Origin: an uncultured Prolixibacteraceae bacterium
Lineage (GTDB): Bacteria > Bacteroidota > Bacteroidia > Bacteroidales > FEN-979
DNA length: 64,000 nucleotides
Reading direction: 5' to 3'
Assembly: GCA_964642545.1 (NCBI GenBank)
Contig: CAZXQU010000005.1
Location: 1,669-65,668 of the forward strand
Shown here: in pieces, positions 34,452-44,128 of the stretch
Position numbering within the stretch: position 1 is the stretch's first letter
How the letters are laid out: every line of letters starts with the position of its first letter
Position numbers and translations under genes: made by a program
The notes under the pieces: generated by a model
The model's input: the letters and a program-made list of their open reading frames with translations, nothing else
Databases searched by the model: none
Told to the model about the DNA's origin: nothing

Positions 34452-35852
34452 ATGGGCGGCATTTTCGGAACAATTTCCACAACAGATTGTGTAAACGATC
34501 TCTATTACGGAACGGATTATAATTCACACCTCGGAACCCGTCGTGGAGGGATGGCAGTTTATTCAGGCAGTGGATTTACCAAAGCAATTCATAACATCGA
34601 AAATTCTTATTTCAGGACCAAGTTCGAATCAGACCTTCCAACGTTTATTGGAAAAAGCGGGATCGGGGTGATCAGCGATACCGAATCGCAACCAATCATC
34701 ATACGGTCACACCTGGGAGAGTTTGCTATCGTTACTGTAAGCAAGATCAAAAACATCGAAGAGCTAACTTCAAGGGCTTTGAAGCGACATCAGCATTTTT
34801 CTGAAACCGGAACCATCGGCACCAGTCCCACTGAACTGGTGGCCATTCTGATCAATGAAGAGGAATCTATTGAGAAAGGGATTGAGAATGTTTTCGAAAA
34901 GGTTCAGGGATCCTGCACGATGCTCCTCCTCACCAATAAAGGAATCTTTGCAGCGCGTGATAAACTGGGACGAACTCCTATCATCCTGGGAAAGAAAGAG
35001 GGGGCCTACGCAATCAGTTCGGAGAGCAGTTCTTTTGATAACATTGGCTTTGAGATCGAAAAGTATATTGGACCCGGAGAGATCCTGTTTATCACAGCTG
35101 ATGGAGTAGAACAGTGCAGGAAACCAAATGATAAGATGCAGATCTGTGCATTTCTCTGGGTCTACTATGGCTATCCCAGTTCCTGCTACGAAGGGATCAA
35201 TGTGGAGGCCTGCCGGTACAGATGTGGTGCGGCCCTGGCTAAGCGTGATAAAGAGGTGGTGGATTTTGTGTCGGGCGTTCCTGATTCGGGCATCGCACAT
35301 GCCATCGGCTATTCGAATGAAAAGCAAATCCCTTATAAGCGGGCCTATGTGAAATATACTCCCACCTGGCCACGTAGCTTCATGCCTCAGAATCAGGAGA
35401 TGCGGGATCTCGTTGCCCGGATGAAACTGATCCCTGTCAAGGAGCTGATTGAGGGAAACCGGATCGTTTTCTGTGATGACTCAATCGTTCGGGGTACCCA
35501 ACTTAAAGATACCGTTAAAATACTCTATGACTGTGGTGCAAAGGAGATCCATATCAGGCCTGCGTGCCCAACACTCATCTACCCCTGCGAGTTCCTCAAC
35601 TTCTCAACCTCCCGCACAACGTTCGACCTCGCCGGACGAAGAGCCATTGACCAATTGGGGGAAGGCGAAGAGCACCTCAACGAGTATGCCACACCTGATA
35701 CAGACCGCTATTATGCCATGATAGAAAAGATTCGTGAAAGTCTCGGGGTTACAACACTCCAATATCAGCACCTTAATGATCTGATTGATGCAATTGGTTT
35801 GCCGAAAGAGCAGGTTTGCACACATTGCTGGGACGGAAGTTCCTATTTTTAA
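34452..35852 (+). CDS. Amidophosphoribosyltransferase-like protein (PurF fold) lacking the N-terminal Cys nucleophile
   Basis: Starts MGGIFGTIS (codon 2 is GGC, Gly). PRTase motif VFCDDSIVRGTQ. Gn-AT II-like N-domain. The 604-aa ORF-track version carries a spurious 5' extension antisense to aspA. Confidence 0.8.
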   Translation: MGGIFGTISTTDCVNDLYYGTDYNSHLGTRRGGMAVYSGSGFTKAIHNIENSYFRTKFESDLPTFIGKSGIGVISDTESQPIIIRSHLGEFAIVTVSKIKNIEELTSRALKRHQHFSETGTIGTSPTELVAILINEEESIEKGIENVFEKVQGSCTMLLLTNKGIFAARDKLGRTPIILGKKEGAYAISSESSSFDNIGFEIEKYIGPGEILFITADGVEQCRKPNDKMQICAFLWVYYGYPSSCYEGINVEACRYRCGAALAKRDKEVVDFVSGVPDSGIAHAIGYSNEKQIPYKRAYVKYTPTWPRSFMPQNQEMRDLVARMKLIPVKELIEGNRIVFCDDSIVRGTQLKDTVKILYDCGAKEIHIRPACPTLIYPCEFLNFSTSRTTFDLAGRRAIDQLGEGEEHLNEYATPDTDRYYAMIEKIRESLGVTTLQYQHLNDLIDAIGLPKEQVCTHCWDGSSYF

Positions 35853-35910
35853 ATAGCGAAATGGTGAACCGGAGCGAAGCGGAGTTCGGCATAGCCAAAT
35901 AGCGAAATAG
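35851..35910. repeat. Composite repeat: aaatagcgaaatggt + 25-nt hairpin core gaaccggagcgaagcggagttcggc (35866-35890) + atagcc + aaatagcgaaatag
   Basis: Read directly. The core is identical to 51205-51229. Direct repeats of aaatagcgaaat flank the core. Begins inside the purF-like stop codon. Confidence 0.85.
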
Positions 35911-35952
35911 TTTTTTTCGTGTCTTCGTGTCTTTGTGGTGAAGTCTTTGTTT

Positions 35953-37148
35953 ATGTGCAGGATTCAAATAGTATTCTTCTTTCTTTGTCTTCCGCTTTTG
36001 TTATCTGCCCAGGAGAAGGGGGCCATACAGGGCCGGGTGACAGATGCTGCCACTGGAGAACCGATGCCCTATGCACAGGCTGCATCGGAAAGAACCACCC
36101 TGGGAACGGTTACCAATGAGGATGGAATTTTCAGATTGAAGTTGCCTGATGCCGGATGCCCGGATGCCAATTATCCGGATAGCCTGATGGTTTCGTTTCT
36201 GGGATTTCAGACGGAAAAACTTCAGGTTTCCTCAGTTGATACAGGAACACTGGAGATATTCCTGATCCCTGTTTCTCTCAATCTTCGGGAGGTAGAAATC
36301 ATTGCCTTGTCGTCCCAGGAAGTGCTTCGTAGAGCACTCGACAGCATCTCTGTCAACTATGGGGTTGATCCCGTCATCCTGACTGCTTTTATCCGGACAC
36401 AAAAGATGGTCAATAAAAACTGGCCGAATATACGGAAGCCATTGTGGAGAACCTGATAGACGGATACTATTTATACAAAACCGGAGAGGTAGGAGCGAGC
36501 GCACGATGCCTGGGGTGTAATTTCGTCAGGGATATTGCTGAGTTTCCCTACGAGACAGTACTTGATGAACGGGATAAGAAGCACTATACGTTAAAAATGG
36601 AGGAATTGGTTAACCCCGAAGGAGGCAAGATCTACCGGATCAGGTTTGATCAGAATGAGAAAACGACCAAAACATTATACCAGGGAGAGATCCTGATTGA
36701 TTCCCGTGATTTTGCCATCCTCCAAATCACCTACAAGCCAAGCTACAAAGCATACGATAGTTACGAAAGGAAAAAATACAACCACGTCTGGTACCTGAAC
36801 AGCCAACCCGGCTGGATCCAGGAAATGCCTTTTGGGGAAACTACTGTGACTTATTCTAAACGAGGAGATTATTGGTGTTTGAATACCATTCGTCAACAGT
36901 ATTGGGTCACCTATAACCATCCGCAAAACAGTCAGCGTATCAGCTATGGTTACAAAAACGAAGTTGTCGTCACCAATATCACCCGTGATCCAGTGGTCAT
37001 CCGGGCTTTTGAAGGCGATAAATCGATGGGGGTCAACCAACGCTGGGATGAAGTTGTCGGCGAAACCGATGAAGCTTTCTGGGAAAATTTCAACTACCTG
37101 CCAATTGAGGCGACACTTCAGAAAGAGCTTAACAAGTTGGACAAGTGA
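35953..37148 (+). pseudogene. CarboxypepD_reg-domain protein split by a frameshift in an A5 run (36415-36419)
   Basis: ORFs 35935-36456 and 36444-37148 are adjacent frames. Adding one A to aataaaaac joins ...QKMVNKKLAEYTEAIVENLIDGYY... Signal peptide MCRIQIVFFFLCLPLLLSAQE, then GRVTDAATGEPMPYA. Confidence 0.6.
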
Positions 37149-37180
37149 AACAGGTTGTTGATGCTGAAGGGGATTCTTTT

Positions 37181-37208
37181 AATTCGTAATTCGACATTCG
37201 TAATTCTA
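37181..37208. repeat. Heptamer array, 4 units (aattcgt aattcga cattcgt aattcta)
   Basis: Read directly. Reverse-complement word family of 29543-29570. Contains the stop codon (37206-37208) of the minus-strand phosphatase gene. Confidence 0.8.
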
Positions 37209-37922
37209 AATATCCCTGTTGTCCTGTATCACCATCTCCATATTGGTGAGTTCCAAAGCGACGAGGTTCCCGAAGCCGGTTCGTCCCTGCATATAAGGGC
37301 CATTGTCGATGTCGATGAACTTATAAAAACTATTTTTCACCGACAATGTGATCAGCTCAAGGTTAACGGGCACGTGGCCATGAATGATGCGCCGGTTTCC
37401 GATTTTCTCGGGGATGATCTCGTAATCACGGAACCATAGCATTGCCTCTTTATCCTCATAGGGATCCTCCTTTTTGAAGTTCAGTCCGGCATGAACCAGC
37501 ACGAAATCATCCAGTTCCACATAGTACTGCAGGTTCCGCATCCATTCAATGTAATCGGGAGGGATATCCTTAAGGTGACTCACCTTAAAGCTTTCAAGAG
37601 TGGCTTTCCCGCCGATGGAATTCCATGCTTTACGCTTCCGTTTTGCAAAATTGAAGAGCCAGGAGGTGCCCGAACTCACCTCTACATCGTACAGTTCCAC
37701 CATGAAGTCTTCGTGATTTCCCTTCAGTGGAATAACGGAATATTCATCATTTTGTAACCCCCTGATATAGTCGATCACACCTTTGGAATCGGGCCCCCGG
37801 TCGATATAATCCCCCAGCAGGTAGATCTCATCGTACCTGGCCGGCCGGATGATCTCCTCAACCAAACACCTCAGGGTCTTCGCATAACCATGCAAGTCGG
37901 GAATTACCCATTGTCGTCTCAT
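37206..37922 (-). CDS. Metallophosphoesterase (PPP-family Ser/Thr phosphatase / ApaH-like)
   Basis: IPDLHG...[10 protein letters not shown]...GNHE...HGH motifs. The ATG overlaps the gpmA stop (ATGA). Confidence 0.8.
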   Translation of the reverse strand: MRRQWVIPDLHGYAKTLRCLVEEIIRPARYDEIYLLGDYIDRGPDSKGVIDYIRGLQNDEYSVIPLKGNHEDFMVELYDVEVSSGTSWLFNFAKRKRKAWNSIGGKATLESFKVSHLKDIPPDYIEWMRNLQYYVELDDFVLVHAGLNFKKEDPYEDKEAMLWFRDYEIIPEKIGNRRIIHGHVPVNLELITLSVKNSFYKFIDIDNGPYMQGRTGFGNLVALELTNMEMVIQDNRDI

Positions 37923-38665
37923 TTCTTCTTTGCTTGGTTTGCCACCTCTTCCATCAATTTCTTAATCACCTCCGGATCTCCCAGGAAATAGTCCTTTACC
38001 AGATTCATTTCATCATCAAATTCAAACACATAGGGGATGCCGGTGGGAAGATTTAGCCCGGGAATATCTTCGTCGGAGATGTTTTTAAGGTACTTAACAA
38101 TGCCCCGAAGAGAGTTCCCGTGGGCAGCCACTACAACCTGCTTATGTTCTTTCAAACTCTTACGAATCTCATCCAGCCAGTAAGGGACTATCCGCTCCAC
38201 AGTGTCTTTCAGCGCTTCGGTAGCGGGAATCTCCGATGGCTTCAGGTCTTTGTAACGCGGATCAAACCGGGGATGCCGGGGATCGTCTTCAGAGAGTGGA
38301 GGCGGAGGGATGTCGTAGCTTCTCCGCCAGATGTGCACCTGTTCATCACCGTATTGCTCGGCCATTTCCGATTTATTCAGTCCTTGCAGAGTGCCGTAAT
38401 GCTTTTCATTCAGCCTCCACGATTTATACACAGGAATCCACATCAGATCCATCTCATCCAGCACCAGGTCGAGGGTCCTGATAGCCCTGGTCAGGTATGA
38501 TGTATAGGCAACTTTAAATTCAAATCCTGCCTCTTTCAATGTTTTTCCAGCCTCTTTTGCTTCCCGGATGCCTCTTTCCGAAAGGTCTACATTGGTCCAG
38601 CCCGTAAAACGGTTCTCTTTGTTCCACTGGCTCTCACCGTGTCTGATTAAAACGAGTTTATGCAT
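37919..38665 (-). CDS. gpmA: 2,3-bisphosphoglycerate-dependent phosphoglycerate mutase
   Basis: [20 protein letters not shown]...AAHGNSLR. Confidence 0.95.
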   Translation of the reverse strand: MHKLVLIRHGESQWNKENRFTGWTNVDLSERGIREAKEAGKTLKEAGFEFKVAYTSYLTRAIRTLDLVLDEMDLMWIPVYKSWRLNEKHYGTLQGLNKSEMAEQYGDEQVHIWRRSYDIPPPPLSEDDPRHPRFDPRYKDLKPSEIPATEALKDTVERIVPYWLDEIRKSLKEHKQVVVAAHGNSLRGIVKYLKNISDEDIPGLNLPTGIPYVFEFDDEMNLVKDYFLGDPEVIKKLMEEVANQAKKK

Positions 38666-38718
38666 GGGTGTCGTTCGTGTTTAGGATGTCAAAAATAAGA
38701 AAATTGCTTAACTTATAC

Positions 38719-38726
38719 TATCTTTG
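38719..38726 (+). promoter_or_regulatory. -7 box TAtcTTTG for the DUF2723 gene
   Basis: Exact motif 23 nt upstream of the ATG at 38749. Supports that start over 38668. Confidence 0.45.
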
Positions 38727-38748
38727 CCCTCCTTCAAATCCTTTATCC

Positions 38749-41700
38749 ATGAAGATCTACAATCGCCTGAATAACATCATTGGCTGGGGTGTCTTCCTGA
38801 TCGCCACGGTAGTTTTCATCATCACCTCCGAACCCACGATGAGTTTCTGGGATTGCGGCGAATATATCGCAACTGCCTATAAGCTGGAAGTTGGTCACCC
38901 TCCGGGAGCTCCGCTGTTTCAGATGCTGGGCAGGTTTTTCTCTCTCTTTGCGATGGGAGATGTAACCCTTGTTGCCCGGATGGTCAATACCATGTCGGCA
39001 CTCTCCAGTAGCTTCACCATCCTCTTCCTTTTCTGGTCGATCACGATGATCGCAAAAAAAATTGTCCTGCGCAATAGGGAGACGATGAACGAAGGGAGAA
39101 TGTTTGCCATCATGGGCGCCGGGTTGGTTGGTTCGCTGGCCTTTACCTTCAGCGATTCGTTCTGGTTTTCAGCTGTTGAAAGTGAAGTTTACGCGATGTC
39201 CTCATTCTTTACGGCGATTGTCTTCTGGGCGATCCTGAAGTGGGAGGAGCATGCTGATGAAGGCCACTCTTACCGCTGGCTTATATTGATCGCCTACCTG
39301 ATGGGTCTCTCCATCGGGGTGCACCTTCTCAACCTACTGGCAATCCCTGCCATCACGCTGGTCTATTATTTCAAGAAGTACAAGAATCCAAACTGGAAAG
39401 GAATCACCCTGGCATTCGGTGTCTCTGTCATCATCCTGGCTGTGGTGATGTATGTTATCATTCCATTGATTGTGAGGCTGGCAGGCTGGTTTGAATTCTT
39501 CTTTGTGAATACCCTGGGACTTCCGTTTAACATCGGGCCTGTGGTTTATTTCATTCTCCTGATCGGACTGATCGTTTGGGCGCTCATCTATACCCGCAGA
39601 AAACTCAAACCTGTTCTCAACGCCATCGTTCTCTCACTCACTTTCATATTGATTGGCTACTCTTCTTTCTTTTTGCTGGTGGTTCGAAGCAATGCCGATC
39701 CACCCATCGACGAAAACAATCCGGAGAATGCCATGTACCTCCTCTCTTACCTCAACAGAGAGCAGTATGGTGACTGGCCGCTTTTAAAAGGGCAGTATTT
39801 CAATGCCCCGGTTGTTGGGCGCGAGGATGGGAGCCCCATCTATGCCAAAGACGAGAAAACAGGAAAGTATGTGGTTGTGGATGAGCGAAAAGGAACTGTT
39901 CCTGTCTATGATGAGCGGTTTATGACCATTTTCCCCCGCATGTGGGCCAATATGGAGCAACGGTATCAGGACGAATACATGCGCTGGGCACAGATCAAGG
40001 GCATCCCGATGCAGGTTACCGATGGTGACCAGAAAAAAACAGTTGCCCGGCCTACCTTTTCCGAGAACCTTCGTTTTTTCCTTAGATATCAGGTGGTACA
40101 TATGTACTACCGTTATTTTATGTGGAACTTTGCCGGCAGGCAGAATGATGTTCAGGGGTTGGGGAATAAAATCAATGGCAACTGGAAAAGTGGAATTCCA
40201 TTCATCGACAGATGGCGGTTAGGCCCTCAGGATAAGCCTGAGAGTATGAATAGCAATGCCGATAACAGCTTTTACTTTCTACCGTTGATCTTAGGTATTA
40301 TTGGCATCTGGTTTACAATCCGAAAAGATTACAAAAGTGCCATTGTGATCGCGCTTCTATTTTTGATGACAGGCCTGGCGATTGTCTTCTACCTGAATCA
40401 GTATGCCCCGCAGCCTCGGGAACGGGATTATGCCTACGCCGCTTCATTTTATGCCTTTGCCATCTGGATGGGACTGGGCGTGCTGGCACTCTTTGAGTGG
40501 ATCTCCAGGAAGCTAAATCCCAAGGTCACTGCTATCGTAGTTACCCTGCTTACCCTATTGCTTGTACCTGGTATCATGGCTCAACAAGGGTGGGATGATC
40601 ACGACCGCTCGGGGCGCTCATCTGCCCTTGCCATCGCGATCAACTACCTAAATTCATGTGAGCCCAATGCCATCCTCTTTGCCAATGGCGACAATGACAC
40701 ATTCCCCCTTTGGTATGCACAGGAAGTGGAAGGGATCCGTACCGATATTCGGGTAGTTAACCTGAGTTTGCTGAATACCGAATGGTATATCGATCAGATG
40801 AAACGGAAAGCCTATGACGCCGACCCGGTACCGTTCTCACTTACAAAGGATAAGTACCGGATAGGAAATCGGGATGTGACCTATCTGATGGATGATCCTG
40901 CATTGAAGGGTATGTACATCAATGTAAAAGATATTTTTGATGTGATCGACAAAAACGAGGAGAGGTTGAAGATGAACACTCAGGTTGGGAAGATAGACTA
41001 TTTCCCTACCAAGAAGTTCATGGTGACATACGACTCTGCAGCGATGGTTCGCAATGAACTGATTCCAACATTCCTGGCCGACAGAATGGACACCATCCGC
41101 TGGACGATTAACCGGCCGGCAATCGAGAAGAATAATCTGATGATTCTCGACCTCCTTGCTACCAACAACTGGAAACGGCCCGTCTATTTCGTGATGACTA
41201 CCAGTCCGAGTACATACCTGGGTCTCGATCCCTGGTTTTTCATGGAGGGTCTCACTTACCGGTTGCTCCCGGCCAAAGCGATGCCTTCGCCTGATGGACA
41301 AACCGGCGAGATAAATACCGACCTGATGTATGACCATGTTGTGAACAAGTTTACCTGGGGAAATATGGAAAAACCCGGAGTAAATATCGATGATAATAAT
41401 GCCCGGATGGTCATGAATCTCAGGAATCTGATGAGCCGTCTGGCTATGGCCCTGGTTGATGAAGGGAAGCTGGATTCGGCTAAAGTGGTGATGGATCTCT
41501 CACTGGAGAAGATGCCTGATGCGAAGGTGCCTTACGACTATTTTGTAATGCCGTTGGCCAGAGGGTACTTTGCTATTGGGGATACAGCAACCGGCATGGA
41601 AATTCTGGAGCGGATCAGTAAGTATAAGACAGAGGAACTGGCCTATTACTTCAGCTTTCCTGATGCCGATCTTCCCGCACTGGACATGAGCATCCAGGAG

Positions 41701-41829
41701 GCGCTATTTACAGTTAACAAGCTGGCAGAGGCAGCCACAGCGGTGGGTGTTGTCAACATTGCCGATGAATCGGAAGCTACCCTGAATCAGTATTATGATC
41801 AATACATGAAGAAAGTCTACCGGCCTTGA
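38749..41829 (+). CDS. DUF2723-family large integral membrane protein (glycosyltransferase-like, PMT/ArnT-type fold suspected)
   Basis: N-terminus MKIYNRLNNIIGWGVFLIATVVFIITSEPTMSFWDCGEYIATAYKLEVGHPPGAPLF is characteristic. Many TM segments plus a soluble C-terminal part. Confidence 0.75.
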   Translation: MKIYNRLNNIIGWGVFLIATVVFIITSEPTMSFWDCGEYIATAYKLEVGHPPGAPLFQMLGRFFSLFAMGDVTLVARMVNTMSALSSSFTILFLFWSITMIAKKIVLRNRETMNEGRMFAIMGAGLVGSLAFTFSDSFWFSAVESEVYAMSSFFTAIVFWAILKWEEHADEGHSYRWLILIAYLMGLSIGVHLLNLLAIPAITLVYYFKKYKNPNWKGITLAFGVSVIILAVVMYVIIPLIVRLAGWFEFFFVNTLGLPFNIGPVVYFILLIGLIVWALIYTRRKLKPVLNAIVLSLTFILIGYSSFFLLVVRSNADPPIDENNPENAMYLLSYLNREQYGDWPLLKGQYFNAPVVGREDGSPIYAKDEKTGKYVVVDERKGTVPVYDERFMTIFPRMWANMEQRYQDEYMRWAQIKGIPMQVTDGDQKKTVARPTFSENLRFFLRYQVVHMYYRYFMWNFAGRQNDVQGLGNKINGNWKSGIPFIDRWRLGPQDKPESMNSNADNSFYFLPLILGIIGIWFTIRKDYKSAIVIALLFLMTGLAIVFYLNQYAPQPRERDYAYAASFYAFAIWMGLGVLALFEWISRKLNPKVTAIVVTLLTLLLVPGIMAQQGWDDHDRSGRSSALAIAINYLNSCEPNAILFANGDNDTFPLWYAQEVEGIRTDIRVVNLSLLNTEWYIDQMKRKAYDADPVPFSLTKDKYRIGNRDVTYLMDDPALKGMYINVKDIFDVIDKNEERLKMNTQVGKIDYFPTKKFMVTYDSAAMVRNELIPTFLADRMDTIRWTINRPAIEKNNLMILDLLATNNWKRPVYFVMTTSPSTYLGLDPWFFMEGLTYRLLPAKAMPSPDGQTGEINTDLMYDHVVNKFTWGNMEKPGVNIDDNNARMVMNLRNLMSRLAMALVDEGKLDSAKVVMDLSLEKMPDAKVPYDYFVMPLARGYFAIGDTATGMEILERISKYKTEELAYYFSFPDADLPALDMSIQEALFTVNKLAEAATAVGVVNIADESEATLNQYYDQYMKKVYRP

Positions 41830-42488
41830 AGACAAAATTCATCAAACGACCTTTCATCTGTCGCTTTTTCAGCAGGGAGCATCTTATCTGTGATGTCCCA
41901 ACCACGGAAAAAGAGATTTTCCTGACCTTCGACGATGGTCCGGTTCCCGAAATTACTCCAGTGATTCTGGATATCCTGAAAGAGCGGAATGTGAAAGCCA
42001 CATTTTTTTGTGTTGGGGCCAATGTGGCTGCAAATCCCGAACTCTTTGAACGACTCATTGGAGATGGTCATGCAGTTGGAAATCACACCTATCATCACCT
42101 GCATGGGTGGAAGAGTCCGCCCGGTGCCTATGTAGAAGATGTTACACGTTGTGAGGCCCTGTTTCAGACAAACCTGTTTCGTCCGCCATACGGAAAGTTT
42201 ACCCCATCACAATACCTGCTTTTAAAGGACAAATACCTCTTTGTGATGTGGAGTGTCCTAACCCACGATTACAGCCGTCGGGTGAAGCCGGAACAATGCC
42301 TCGACATCGCGATTCAGAATACCCGTCCCGGCTCCATCGTCCTCTTCCACGACAGCATCAAGGCATCAGAGAACGTGTTGTATGCTCTCCCCAGATTTCT
42401 GGATCATTTTCTGGAGAGGGGATATAGGTTTAAGGTGCTGGAGGGCCGACAACCCCTCCCCGGCCCTCCCCTAAAGGGGAGGGAGTAA
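41826..42488 (+). CDS. Polysaccharide deacetylase (CE4/NodB family)
   Basis: IFLTFDDGP...TFFCVG...GNHTYHH motifs. TTG start overlapping the upstream TGA. The last 12 or so codons (…PLPGPPLKGRE*) and the stop are supplied by REP-like copy B. Confidence 0.8.
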   Translation: MKTKFIKRPFICRFFSREHLICDVPTTEKEIFLTFDDGPVPEITPVILDILKERNVKATFFCVGANVAANPELFERLIGDGHAVGNHTYHHLHGWKSPPGAYVEDVTRCEALFQTNLFRPPYGKFTPSQYLLLKDKYLFVMWSVLTHDYSRRVKPEQCLDIAIQNTRPGSIVLFHDSIKASENVLYALPRFLDHFLERGYRFKVLEGRQPLPGPPLKGRE

Positions 42489-42511
42489 GTCCCCTTTAGG
42501 GGATTTAGGGG
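42451..42511. repeat. 61-nt double-hairpin REP-like element, copy B
   Basis: aacccctccccggccctcccctaaaggggagggagtaagtcccctttaggggatttagggg. Differs from copy A only at 2 adjacent positions (gg versus aa). Confidence 0.85.
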
Positions 42512-42527
42512 TTAAATGGACATTCCC

Positions 42528-43226
42528 CTACATCATCCCCTGGTCCGAAAAACTGAAAAAATCCCCATCTGTAACGATGATGTGATCAAGAACCGATAGT
42601 TCCAGGAGTTTGCCTGCTTCCACGATTTTGTGGGTTATCCGGATATCTGATTCACTGGGTTTTGTGTTACCCGAAGGATGGTTATGGCCGAGGATGATCC
42701 CCGTGGCATGATAATCCAGGGCAATCTTGAAGATCTTCTTTGGGTCAACAACCGTACCTGAGATACCCCCTTCACTGATGCACTCTTTCCGGATGAGCCT
42801 GTTGGCACGATTCAGCAAAAGGATCCAGAATTCCTCATACGGTTTATCCTGCATAACGGTTTTCAGCAATGAGAATGCATCCTGACTCCTTTTCACAAGA
42901 GATTTTCCGGGAGGAACAGATTCATTTCTGCGTCTTCCCAGTTCCAATGCAGCAGAGATAGTTATCGCCCTGGCCGGACCAACACCATGATTCTTTTGCA
43001 GATCCTTCACGGAGAGTTTCCCAAGTTCAGTCAGGTCATCATTGACATCCTCGAGAATCACTTTTGCGATCTCCACCGCCGACATCTCCTGGGTTCCTGA
43101 TCCAATAAGGATAGCAATCAACTCTGCATCGCTTAGGGCGTGTCTCCCCTTCAGCATCAGTTTCTCCCTTGGGCGGTCTTCTTCAGCCCACTGTTTGATG
43201 GTAACATGTTTTAAATACTTTTGCAT
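42528..43226 (-). CDS. radC: RadC-family JAB/MPN-domain protein
   Basis: ...HNHPSGNTKPSESD (JAMM motif) with an HhH N-terminal region. Confidence 0.85.
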   Translation of the reverse strand: MQKYLKHVTIKQWAEEDRPREKLMLKGRHALSDAELIAILIGSGTQEMSAVEIAKVILEDVNDDLTELGKLSVKDLQKNHGVGPARAITISAALELGRRRNESVPPGKSLVKRSQDAFSLLKTVMQDKPYEEFWILLLNRANRLIRKECISEGGISGTVVDPKKIFKIALDYHATGIILGHNHPSGNTKPSESDIRITHKIVEAGKLLELSVLDHIIVTDGDFFSFSDQGMM

Positions 43227-43264
43227 CTTTTTCCCCGTTAATCGGGAAAGAGGTTAAAAGGTTA

Positions 43265-43272
43265 TACATTTG
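43265..43272 (+). promoter_or_regulatory. -7 box TAcaTTTG for birA
   Basis: Exact motif 18 nt upstream of the ATG at 43290. Confidence 0.4.
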
Positions 43273-43289
43273 GTTGAAAAAAAGTCGTT

Positions 43290-44036
43290 ATGGGGGAAAT
43301 CGGTTATGTCATAATTGAACTTGAAGAGGTTGACTCAACCAACCTATATGCCGAAAGGTTGCTCAGTAAAGGAACTGTTGAGGAGGGGACAGTAATCCAG
43401 GCGAAACACCAGATCGCTGGAAAAGGGCAGGGGGAGAATCGCTGGGAGAGTTTGCCCGGACAAAACCTTACCTTCTCAATCGTGTTGCATCCCAGGTTCC
43501 TGGAACCCGGTTGTCAGTTTCATCTCAATAAAGCAATCTGCCTTGGGATACTGGATTTTTTATCCGCATATGTTGATAGAGCGGTTGTAAAGTGGCCAAA
43601 CGACATCCTGATCGATTCAAAAAAGGTTGGAGGTATCCTGATCCAGCATAGTGTTGAAGGTGAAATTCTTGAGACTACTATCGTTGGGATCGGACTGAAT
43701 GTCAACCAGACGAAATTTGATCATAACCTTACGCGGGCTGCATCCCTCTTTCAGATCCTTCATCAGGAGTTGAAGCTGAAAGAGGCGCTGGTTCTGCTTT
43801 GTAATGCGATTGAAGGACGTTATTCCCTGTTAAGGGGGAATGAGATAGAAAAATTGGAGTTTGATTTCTGCGAAGCATTATTAGGTTTTCAGGAAAAGAG
43901 AATTTTCCTTTTAAATGGAGAGGAAATTCAGGGCATCATAAGAGGTGTAGATGAATTCGGCCGGCTTCTGGTGGAGCATCCGGGAAACAACACCAAAACA
44001 TACGCCCATAAAGAGATACAGTATTTGATGAAGTAA
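43290..44036 (+). CDS. birA: Biotin--[acetyl-CoA-carboxylase] ligase (group I, no HTH domain)
   Basis: QIAGKGQGENRWES...KWPNDILIDSKKVGGILI motifs. Confidence 0.85.
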   Translation: MGEIGYVIIELEEVDSTNLYAERLLSKGTVEEGTVIQAKHQIAGKGQGENRWESLPGQNLTFSIVLHPRFLEPGCQFHLNKAICLGILDFLSAYVDRAVVKWPNDILIDSKKVGGILIQHSVEGEILETTIVGIGLNVNQTKFDHNLTRAASLFQILHQELKLKEALVLLCNAIEGRYSLLRGNEIEKLEFDFCEALLGFQEKRIFLLNGEEIQGIIRGVDEFGRLLVEHPGNNTKTYAHKEIQYLMK

Positions 44037-44067
44037 TGGGGTCATGAAGTCATTTGGCAAAATAAAT

Positions 44068-44128
44068 ACTTCGTCCTTCGTACTTCTAACTTACTTCTAA
44101 CTTCTAACCTCTAACTTCTGACTTCTAA
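44068..44128. repeat. Heptamer array, 8 or so units of the CTTCNNN type (acttcgtc cttcgta cttctaa ctta cttctaa cttctaa cctctaa cttctga cttctaa)
   Basis: Read directly. Contains the stop (44125-44127) of the minus-strand gene. Related to the array at 48657-48705. Confidence 0.85.

Noticed and set aside
36411-36456. Programmed ribosomal frameshift in the CarboxypepD_reg gene
   Set aside because: There is no slippery heptamer with a downstream structure that I can see. A simple A5/A6 homopolymer indel (sequencing error, mutation or phase variation) is the more economical explanation.
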